From: Armatimonadota bacterium
Lineage (GTDB): Bacteria; Armatimonadota; Armatimonadia; Armatimonadales; Armatimonadaceae
Reading direction: 5' to 3'
DNA length: 28,561 bases
Assembly: GCA_043754515.1 (NCBI GenBank)
Contig: JAYUUO010000221.1
Location: 1 to 28,561, forward strand
The notes beneath the pieces are model-generated. The model saw nothing but the letters and a program-made list of their open reading frames with translations, was not told where the DNA came from and did no database searches. How positions within the stretch are numbered: position 1 is the stretch's first letter; every line of letters starts with the position of its first letter. Positions 19,749 to 27,341 of the stretch are shown here, piece after piece. A program made the translations under genes and the position numbers.

Positions 19749-19827
19749 TTTGATGCTTACGCGGGCTGATCCCTAGCGGGGCGATCGCATCATAGTCCGG
19801 TTTATTGCGCGGGTTTCGCCCCGCGTC

Positions 19828-19855
19828 GGCACGGGGGACGCGCCCCCCCCGTGCC
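19828..19855. terminator. GC hairpin (terminator or REP-like) downstream of the aldo/keto reductase
   Basis: 10-bp stem GGCACGGGGG/CCCCCGTGCC; no U-tract. Confidence 0.35.
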
Positions 19856-19892
19856 CGCGTGACCCACCCGGATCACGCGGTATAGTACAACC

Positions 19893-20102
19893 ATGATGCG
19901 TCAAGGCATAACCGAACGCTTCGGCAAGATCGCTGACCTTGATCTCTCCTTCGACCGGTAATTCTGGCAGAGTCAGGAGCCGCCGAAGCGGTTCGTTGCG
20001 GCGTGGGAGTTAGTTGAGCAGGCGTATAGGATGAAAGGGCGGGATCCCCGTGAACTCCGACTTCAAAAAACTATTGAGTCTTTTCAACGCCAATCAGGTT
20101 AG
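19893..20102 (+). pseudogene. Small partner protein of a nucleotidyltransferase, with premature TAA
   Basis: MMRQGITERFGKIADLDLSFDR*FWQSQEPPKRFVAAWELV..RLQKTIESFQRQSG*; TAA at 19959-19961; TATAGT-N6-ATG start; overlaps the next gene. Confidence 0.65.
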
Positions 20103-20529
20103 CTACCTTATTATCGGTGGTTACGCCGTCGTGTATCACGCGGTTACGCCGTCGTGTATCACGCCGAACCGAGTTACACTAAAGACCTTGATTTATGGGT
20201 CAGCGTTGATCCGAGCAACGCCGACGCCATATTTAGGTCGCTCCGCGCGTTCGGTGCCCCATTAGCCGGTTTATCGGAGTCAGACTTCGCCGGGAGGGCT
20301 ATTTCTATCAGATGGGTGCCCCACCTGCGCGCGTAGACATCCTCATGTCCATCCCCAGAGTGGCGTTTGAGGAAGCATGGGTCCGCCGCGTGACGGCGAG
20401 TTTTGACAGGGTATTGGCCACAATCATTTCAAAGCAGGATCTCATAGTCTCTAACAGGATCTCATAGTCTCTAAAAGGGCGTCCGGGCGTCCTCAGGATC
20501 TGATAGATGCCGACGCTCTGTCTTTGTAA
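20050..20529 (+). pseudogene. Minimal nucleotidyltransferase (DUF6036-like), multiply frameshifted
   Basis: YLIIGGYAV..TKDLDLWV..RVDIL..KRASGRPQDLID; broken by a 23-bp duplication (20119-20164), a 1-nt frameshift near 20290 and a 20-bp duplication (20435-20474). Confidence 0.8.
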
Positions 20530-20607
20530 GTAGCGTCGGGAAGCCACAAGGTGAAGCGGCGTACTGTCACGATTCGCGCGACATTGATACCGGGTATACA
20601 CGCGGAA

Positions 20608-21059
20608 ATGTCGGACACAACTTTGGCCCTCCTTCTCCCGCTCGCGTTCATGGTGGGAATACCACTGATGTGGTGCTTGATCTCGTATCTGATCGCCTTT
20701 GTCGGTGGTTGGCAGGCACTAGCTCGCTCGTACACGACGATCGAGAAGCCGCGCGGCAAATGATCTACCTATCACAGTTCGTGCTCGGCTCGGCGCAGTA
20801 TAAAGGGGCGGTGATTGTTCACGTCGCCGAGGAGGGAATGTTCCTCGCGCCGATTTTCCTCTTTCGCCCCGGACACGCGACACTACTCATACCCTGGACG
20901 GCGTTCCGCGCGATCCGCACGGAAAAAGTGCTCCGGATGACGGGTGGCGTCGCCAACATCTCGATGCCCGACAAGGAGATCGTGAATGCCACCTTCTATG
21001 ACAAAGGTCGGGCCAACTTGCTGACATCGCGCTTCGCGAAGCCGCCGGTGGTAGCATAA
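20608..21059 (+). pseudogene. Hypothetical membrane protein, frameshifted near 20760
   Basis: TM segment and GGWQALARSY in one frame; Y..AVIVHVAEEGMFL..FLFRPGH..LLIPW continues in another frame after GGCAAATG. Confidence 0.6.
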
Positions 21060-21068
21060 TGGCCTGCC

Positions 21069-21600
21069 ATGCTTACTAAAACTCTCGCCGAGAAGCGCGA
21101 GAGACTCGCCTTTTATCGGGGCGAGATCATGCACGAGTGGACGCTACTGACCACGCGGGTCGGGACTCTGATCACCTCGCAGTCGTTCCTGGTCACCGCG
21201 TATACCATCTCGCTCGGCAATACCAACCCGAAGTGGGGCGAGCGGTTCATGCTCTACTTCCCGCTTCTGCTCGTCGCTACCGGTCTGTTGGTGACCTTAC
21301 TCGTACCCGGCGATCACGGGAGCCGCGCGGGTAATCGAACTGTGGCACCTCAAACAAGGGCGGTTATTTCTTCTTAGCCCGGACGAAGCGGAGGCGAACC
21401 CGGACGCGGCGAAAGCGGACCCGGAGATGGAGGACTACCGGGACGACCGCCCTCGCGTGGTCTCAAACCGCACCGGGAAGGTACCGATAGACACTATTTC
21501 GGAGCATAGTTTGCGCTTCGCGATGGTAACGCCCTGGGTGTTCGGCGTGACCTGGCTCGCGCTCGTCGCCCTGGTCGTCGTGCTACGCCTCCTACATTAG
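21069..21600 (+). pseudogene. Hypothetical membrane protein, frameshifted near 21303
   Basis: ERLAFYRGEI..SQSFLV..TM segment, then YPAITGAARVIELWHLKQ..PWVFGVTWLAL..* continues in another frame to TAG 21598-21600. Confidence 0.6.
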
Positions 21601-21725
21601 CGCGTCCCGGTAGAAATGGGGATCGTAACCTTGTTTTGCCGGGTATTTAGTCCCGCTCGCCGCGACGACACGTGCCGTAAAATAGGTTCATCGGTGACTT
21701 TCACAGGTGCTGACAGGAAACTACT

Positions 21726-22004
21726 ATGGTAATATTCGCCTTTCTGGGGTTTATCGTGTATCTGGGGCATGGACTCGCGGCCCGTCACGCCCCCGGCACC
21801 GTGTCGCCTATCGTTGACATCACCTTTTGTGTCGTCGGGGCGGTTACGGGCGCGTGGCTCGGGCAATGGATCGTTCCCTTCCTCGGGATCCGAGACGAGT
21901 TCCTTTACTTCATCGCCTGCATCGTGTTGCCGACGGCGGGCACGTTCGCGGGGGCATACTTCCTCACGCTCATTTGCCGCCGTCTCGCGGCTGGTTATCT
22001 TTAG
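21726..22004 (+). CDS. Small hypothetical membrane protein
   Basis: AGGA RBS before the ATG; three hydrophobic Gly-rich segments. Confidence 0.55.
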   Translation: MVIFAFLGFIVYLGHGLAARHAPGTVSPIVDITFCVVGAVTGAWLGQWIVPFLGIRDEFLYFIACIVLPTAGTFAGAYFLTLICRRLAAGYL

Positions 22005-22581
22005 GCACGGCTACGTCAAGTGTCACGCCCGGTGGCGTCGGCGCGAACCGCCCGCCGAGCACCCACGCGACCACGAACCCCAGCACCGCCCCGCCGAGCA
22101 CCTGGTACGCGTAGTGCGCCCCGTCCCCCACCCGTGACCAGGCGATGGCGGCCGCGACTGAGTAGAACAGCGGCGACCAGCCCGCCCCAAGCCGCTCGGA
22201 GAGGAGCCAGGCGACCACGACCGACGCGGCGGTATGCCCGGACGGGAATCCCCCGTCGCCATTCGACGGACGCGCGAGCGCGTGAAAGCCGAACCAGGAA
22301 ACGCCCTTCGCCAGCAGAAAGAACACGGTCTCCGTGCCGACTGACGCGACGACACGCAGCGCGAGTGCTTTAGACTTCTCCCGCCACGCGAGAAACAGCA
22401 ATACGCCTATCCCACCGATCAGAAACAGGTTGTGGAGCGGGACGCTGACGAAGTGCGCGAGCGGCTTCAGCCCGGGGTCGGGCGTGCGCGGGTCGGCGGC
22501 GAGGAACGCGGCAACGACGCCGAGCGATACGAGGAGCATGCCGATCAGGTGTCGGCGCGGGAGGGGCGGTAATGAGGGCAT
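21970..22581 (-). CDS. PAP2-family membrane phosphatase
   Basis: K..RP, FPSGH and SRVGDGAHY motifs; TACAAT 11 nt upstream of the ATG. Confidence 0.88.
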   Translation of the reverse strand: MPSLPPLPRRHLIGMLLVSLGVVAAFLAADPRTPDPGLKPLAHFVSVPLHNLFLIGGIGVLLFLAWREKSKALALRVVASVGTETVFFLLAKGVSWFGFHALARPSNGDGGFPSGHTAASVVVAWLLSERLGAGWSPLFYSVAAAIAWSRVGDGAHYAYQVLGGAVLGFVVAWVLGGRFAPTPPGVTLDVAVPKDNQPRDGGK

Positions 22582-22710
22582 GGTCAGGCCTTATTGTACC
22601 GCCCGCTCGCGCTGGGCCCTCCGCAGAGCGGCTGGGATCCGCGATGAATGAGTCGGTAATTAAATGATTGGTTTTTTGCTTCCCGGCCTCGCGTCGCCCT
22701 CGCGCCGGGC

Positions 22711-22796
22711 GGCGGGTGCCCGGAGCCGGTGGCGGGTGCCCGGAGCCGGTGGCGGGTGCCCGGAGCCGGTGGCGGGTGCCCGAAGCCGGTGGCGGG
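22711..22796. repeat. 20-bp tandem repeat (VNTR), about 4.3 copies
   Basis: CGGAGCCGGTGGCGGGTGCC perfect at 22721, 22741 and 22761; partial or degenerate at 22711 and 22781; no spacers. Confidence 0.92.
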
Positions 22797-22949
22797 GGGC
22801 TGACCAGCCTGGGGAGGGGCGCGACCGGCTTACTCATCGCCAGTTCCTAACCGGCCGACGGAAAAGGCTATGTACAAACGCTCGCGCACGGTCTCTGGTT
22901 ACGGTCCACCCCCCGATTTGACAAACCCTGTGTAAAATCTAAGAGTTTT

Positions 22950-22989
22950 TTATTGAAGCCTTAACATGAGCTTAATGTTCTCATAACAT
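22950..22989 (+). promoter_or_regulatory. Promoter overlapped by 11-bp-periodic TTAACA-like boxes
   Basis: TTATTG 22950, TTAACA 22961, TTAATG 22972, ATAACA 22983; also TTAACA-N17-TAACAT (22961-22989). Confidence 0.5.
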
Positions 22990-22992
22990 TCC

Positions 22993-23425
22993 CGCGTCTT
23001 GATAGGGTTAGGAGTTACGCAGTTCGTCAAGGAACGCGGGTTGAAACTCACGTCATCGGCAAAACAAGTACAGTCAAAACTTGTTTTGACGATTCCCTAT
23101 CTAGACGCGTTCCGCGCCGGACGTCGGGTACCCGCTTGCGGGTGGGACGGACCGATCCGGGCATCCGAAACCGCCAACCGCGTAACTCCTACCCCATATC
23201 AAAAACTGGAATCTGATGCTATGCCCGGATCGCGATCTTGTCGGTACTCCCAACGGCCCAAATGTTAGACGATACGTATGGAAGTCGTGAAGAAGGGTAG
23301 CGACTTTTTGACACGCCCGAAAAGTGAGACTGACGGCCTGAAGTGGTGCAGTGGCGAGAACATACGTCCTGATCCAAGTTTCACTGACACTACCTTTCAT
23401 TAACCCGACGGGAACCTGCGCGGAA
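22993..23425 (+). ncRNA. Candidate large structured ncRNA or long structured leader, family unknown
   Basis: Helices: 22993-23007/23095-23109 (14/15 bp), 23009-23020/23180-23191 (12 bp), 23060-23069/23079-23088 (10 bp), 23153-23164/23221-23232 (12 bp), 23110-23117/23418-23425 and 23122-23129/23403-23410 (8+8 bp), 23339-23354/23381-23399; kissing pair 23274-23280/23361-23367. Confidence 0.7.
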
Positions 23426-23480
23426 GCGGTACATGCGATCTACCTCCCTACCTGGGTACAGGTACCTTGACACCATCATT

Positions 23481-23528
23481 GGCGGCACGGGGATAATTCC
23501 CCGCGTCGCTGGTGACACATTTCGTTTT
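23481..23528 (+). terminator. Hairpin followed by a T-rich stretch; possible terminator or attenuator
   Basis: GGCGGCACGGGGA-TAAT-TCCCCGCGTCGCT (23481-23510), then TTTCGTTTT about 10 nt later. Confidence 0.35.
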
Positions 23529-23544
23529 CAGGACAGGATCTATC

Positions 23545-23790
23545 ATGAACACCAAGAAACTTGTCGTTGTTTTGTTTGTTACCATTTGTGCCTTCAGCGC
23601 GGTCAGTCTCACGGGCTGTTCATCGGAACCAAGTGCCGCAAGCAAACCGGCAGCGGGCGCGGCGGCTCCGCAAGCAGGTGTGCCTGCCGTCTCCGGGGCG
23701 GCACCGGCCCCACTTACGAAGCAGGACTTGAATCCGGCCTATTCGGACAAGCAGAAGGAAGCCGTTCTCAGGCGCAAGAACGGGAACTAA
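23545..23790 (+). CDS. Small putative lipoprotein
   Basis: MNTKKLVVVLFVTICAFSAVSLTGC lipobox; CAGGA RBS; Ala/Pro-rich linker. Confidence 0.75.
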   Translation: MNTKKLVVVLFVTICAFSAVSLTGCSSEPSAASKPAAGAAAPQAGVPAVSGAAPAPLTKQDLNPAYSDKQKEAVLRRKNGN

Positions 23791-23802
23791 AGGAAAACCG
23801 CG

Positions 23803-24698
23803 TTGAACAAGATTTCGTTTCGGCGCGGGCTGATAGCCGTCGCGCTCACCGTACTCGCGGGCGGCGTTTACGCCGTCGCGCGGGCACCCGACTCAGAGAC
23901 GCCCCTCCAGGCAACAGCCGCGACGTCCGCCACTCTCATGATCGCGAAAAAGCGCATCATGGTCCCGAGCGGCGGCGGCGCGTGGGACTGGATGGCGGTT
24001 GACAACGGCAAGCGTCGTCTGCTCGCCACGCACAAGGGCCAGGGCGCGGTCGAGATCCTCGACTCAAAACCCTGCGCGAGATCCCGGTCACCGGCCCTGT
24101 GGACGCCATCGCGTTCGACCCGAAGCGCGGGCTAATTTTCGCGGACGAGGACGACGGCAAGCAGGTGTGGGTGATTGACGCCAAGACCAATAAGATCGTC
24201 GGCTCCATAGTCGTCACCGGCGCGCCCGAGTTCGTCGAGTACGACCCGATCACCGATAAGCTTTACCAGAACATCAAGGTAGACGATACAACGCAGGTGA
24301 TTGATCCCGACAAGCGCGAAGTGACCGCCGTTTGGAAAACCACGCCCGCGACGGGTCCGCACGGCCTCGCCCTTGACAGCAAAAACGGTCGCGTGTTCTC
24401 GGCGGGCAAGAATGGCGTGCTGGTGATGATGGACATCAAGACCGGCACCGTGCTGTCGTCGCTTCCGGTCGCGGGCGGCGTGGACCAGATCGCGTACGAT
24501 TCGGGCACCGGCCGCGTCTACTGCGCCTGCAAGAACACGCTCGCGGTCGCGCAAATGAGCAAGAATGGGTTCAAGAAGGTGGGCGACTACGCGCTCCCCG
24601 CCGGGGCACACACCGTCGCAATTGATCCCCAGACACACGCGGCCTGGGTCTGCTACTCGGACAGCGTGGGGGGTTATCTGGCGAAGTTCCAGCCGTAG
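23803..24698 (+). pseudogene. YncE-like secreted beta-propeller protein, frameshifted near 24063
   Basis: Signal peptide, GAWDWMAVD; repeats DAIAFDP, EFVEYDP, PHGLALD, DQIAYD, HTVAIDP in a second frame; the join looks like an internal deletion. Confidence 0.72.
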
Positions 24699-24740
24699 GT
24701 GGAACCACCGCTCCCGGCAAGCCCGACCCGAAGGGTCTAC

Positions 24741-24790
24741 CCGGTCTTTTTCGCCGCGAAAAAACCGGTGCCGAAGGCTTCCTGTTCGCG
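24741..24790. repeat. REP/MITE-like dispersed repeat, copy 2, with hairpin that may act as a bidirectional terminator
   Basis: Inverted match to 1744-1781; stem CCGGT(C)TTTTTCGC/GCGAAAAAACCGG between convergent genes. Confidence 0.6.
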
Positions 24791-24858
24791 AGCCACGAAC
24801 GGGAACAATTCATTGCCCGCTCCCACCCCACGAACAAGGCCCACGCCCGAACACCCGC

Positions 24859-26091
24859 TCAGACGCCCCCACCCCCACCGATGTGCCCCAGCCCGATCCC
24901 GATCAAGTAAGTAACAATCCCCTCGGCGGCACCAATCAGTGTCATCTCCATGCCGCTACTCCACCACGGGCGCACCGTGATCAGCGATTTCGCCGCGCCG
25001 ACCGCGAAGTGCGCGATCAGCGAGATGACTGCCGCCGCGATAACGGCGGGGATGCCCTGCATGAAGAAGAACGGGATGATCGGCACGAACGCACCTATCG
25101 CCGTGGAGAGCGCGCCCGACGTCGCCGACACCCAGGGATTCGAGAGCGCATCCTCGGTCAGGTTCAACTCTTCAGCCGCAAGTGTCCTGAGGAACTGCTC
25201 CGGGTTCTTCGCTAGATGCTCCGCTACCTCCCGCGCCTTATCCTGCGGCACGCCTTTGATCTCGTACACGAGTGCTAACTCCTGTAGCGCGTCCTCCGGG
25301 TTGCGCTCGATCTGCTCGCGCTTGCGCTGTAGCTCAGCTTCGTAGATCTCGCGCTCGGACGTCGAAGCGAGGTACGCCCCCGACCCCATGGACAGCGCGG
25401 ACGCGACCATGCCCGCGAGACCCGCGATCAGAACGAATTTGCTGTTGCCGGTGGTCGCGCCCGACACGCCGGAGACGATCCCGAAGATCGCGCCTAGCCC
25501 GTCATTCACGCCGTAGATAGCGTCCCCAATCCAGGTCGCCGGGCTTCGCCGACCGCTCTTTTTGCGTAACTGCTCCAAAATCCCCTGCGCGTCTCGCTCC
25601 TCACGCGGGTCATGCGGCTCCGTGCGCCGATCCATCAGACGGCGCGGGCGGGGGTCGCTGAAGCCGCTGGTCAGGTTGCGTAGCGTGCGCGAATGCTCTT
25701 GCTCCTCCGTGATGATGTCGCGCAGGATTTGAAGGCTCGGCTCGTCGCCGAGTTCGCGGATCTGTCGCCCATATCGAGAGACCGCCTGCCGCTCCTCCAG
25801 CTCGATGCGACGTAAGCCAAGGTCACTCCCGCCCAAGCGGCTAGCGAGCGATCCCGCCTTGCCTTGCGGGGAGCCGCGATAGACCGGCTCCAGCGCGCCT
25901 AGCTCACGCAGGCGTGTCGCCCAACGCTGGGCATGGTGCTCCTCCTGAACCGCCATCCCGATCAGCGTCGCCTTGCGCACCGAGTCACTCTCTGCCTCCG
26001 CGAACGCGCGGTAGGTAGCGGCACCTTCCATCTCCTCCTGATAGTTGTCTCGCAGTGCTTGAAGTAGTCGGGGATCGGTCGGGGTACTCAT
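24859..26091 (-). CDS. Ferritin-like (rubrerythrin) domain fused to VIT1/CCC1 transporter, MbfA-like architecture
   Basis: E..Y/EEHH and E..Y/EQEH di-iron motifs; IYGVNDGL, SALSMGSGAY, GAAKS; start ATG 26091 after TATAAT-N6. Confidence 0.9.
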   Translation of the reverse strand: MSTPTDPRLLQALRDNYQEEMEGAATYRAFAEAESDSVRKATLIGMAVQEEHHAQRWATRLRELGALEPVYRGSPQGKAGSLASRLGGSDLGLRRIELEERQAVSRYGRQIRELGDEPSLQILRDIITEEQEHSRTLRNLTSGFSDPRPRRLMDRRTEPHDPREERDAQGILEQLRKKSGRRSPATWIGDAIYGVNDGLGAIFGIVSGVSGATTGNSKFVLIAGLAGMVASALSMGSGAYLASTSEREIYEAELQRKREQIERNPEDALQELALVYEIKGVPQDKAREVAEHLAKNPEQFLRTLAAEELNLTEDALSNPWVSATSGALSTAIGAFVPIIPFFFMQGIPAVIAAAVISLIAHFAVGAAKSLITVRPWWSSGMEMTLIGAAEGIVTYLIGIGLGHIGGGGGV

Positions 26092-26158
26092 GGCGCGATT
26101 ATACCCCGAGGGGTGTTTCTCTGTCACCCGCGAAGGACAGGAACAACCCTCTGCCCAC

Positions 26159-27283
26159 TCACTTACGCACCCGATACTCGACCACGTGCGCCTCGGTCTC
26201 GTCGGGGACCTCCCAGCGGTGGATCATGCGCTGTATCGCCGCCGGCGGCACCTGCTCCGCTCGGCCCTTGTTCTGGCTCTGCTGGACGCGCCATGGCACT
26301 TCGACATACACGATACGGGCGCGGAGCCGGTACTCGCTGGCGAGCGAGATGATCGGCTCGCGCTGGTCGCGGCTGATCGTGGTCGCGTTCCAGACGAACG
26401 GCTCGCCGCGCCGCAGGTGCTCCCGCGCCCGCTCCCGCGCCGCGCCGATGACCGGATGCTGGCTGTCAGTGTGCGCGACGCCCAGTTCGGTTCGCAACGC
26501 GTCCAGCGAGATCATCGGCAGCGCGGCGAACTCGCCCCGCGCCAGCGTATCCTTCCCCGCGCCCGGCAAACCGCACAGCACGACGATCTCGCCTTCCGAG
26601 TTGTCGAACTCCGCGTACGCCGCGTCGCGTCCTGGCTTCCGGAAGTAGGCGAACCGGCTCGCATCCGACGCGAACGGGAACGGTGCGCTCAGGCAGCCGT
26701 TATCCGACGCCGTTTCCGCAAACAGCGAAATGTTGAGCAGCATTTCGCCCGCGTCCGCCGCGATCCGCCCACGCACGTCGGCTTCGGCGAGGTGCGCGAG
26801 GTAGTCACACCGGCAGGTCTGCGCGAGTTGGATCACGGCGCGGGCCGGGTCTTCGCCGCCGAACACGAAGAAGGGACGCTGATGCCAGCGGATCAGGGCG
26901 CAGACTGCCTCGCGAGTCGCGAACGGCACGGCGGCTTTCCAGAGCATTTCGCGCGTCATGATCGCGCCGCGCCGCGAGTGCCCCGGCGCGCCGATGCGCC
27001 CGTCAGGTTCGGTGACCGTGGTCGCGGGCTTGCCGACATCGTGTAGCAGGGCGGCGAGGAGTAGCACGCCGCGACCATCGCGCGGCAGGTCGCGCCACGC
27101 CGACCCGCCGCGCAGTTCATCCACCACCATCCGCGTGTGTGTCGCGACATCGCCCTCGCCGTGGTGCGCGGGGTCCTGCGGGCAATCCGCCATGTCCCGC
27201 CACCACGGGAGGCGACCGAGCGCGTCCGCCGGGAACGCGGCGTGCGGGTCGGCGAGGAGGCTATGAAAGAGTTCGTTTTCCAT
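26159..27283 (-). CDS. HD-domain phosphoesterase fused to P-loop polynucleotide kinase (HD-Pnk-like)
   Basis: HGEGDVATHT, LLHDVGK, GHS, WHQ, EAD; Walker A GLPGAGKD, SLDALR, WNAT. Confidence 0.88.
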   Translation of the reverse strand: MENELFHSLLADPHAAFPADALGRLPWWRDMADCPQDPAHHGEGDVATHTRMVVDELRGGSAWRDLPRDGRGVLLLAALLHDVGKPATTVTEPDGRIGAPGHSRRGAIMTREMLWKAAVPFATREAVCALIRWHQRPFFVFGGEDPARAVIQLAQTCRCDYLAHLAEADVRGRIAADAGEMLLNISLFAETASDNGCLSAPFPFASDASRFAYFRKPGRDAAYAEFDNSEGEIVVLCGLPGAGKDTLARGEFAALPMISLDALRTELGVAHTDSQHPVIGAARERAREHLRRGEPFVWNATTISRDQREPIISLASEYRLRARIVYVEVPWRVQQSQNKGRAEQVPPAAIQRMIHRWEVPDETEAHVVEYRVRK

Positions 27284-27341
27284 GAGTTTATTTGCGTTTC
27301 GGGCTAGGGGACGACGACCACCCGACCGTTCCGCGATCCAT

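Noticed and set aside
22711..22796. Possible CRISPR array
   Set aside because: The 20-bp units are contiguous with no spacers, and there are no cas genes
23326..23369. Group I intron R/S-like words (GAGACTGACGG ... AACATACGTCC)
   Set aside because: I could not build a P7/P3 core, and there is no interrupted host gene; no group II domain V was found either
22999..23403. ORFs 22999-23268 (+), 23278-23403 (+) and 23101-23400 (-) as proteins or a decayed DUF1559 gene
   Set aside because: No RBS, atypical codon usage, no prepilin or H-X9-DG motif; base-pairing explains the region better, though a small peptide cannot be excluded
23467..23497. TTGACA ... GATAAT promoter for the lipoprotein gene
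   Set aside because: The spacer is 19 nt and the site overlaps a strong hairpin; too weak to call, though not excluded
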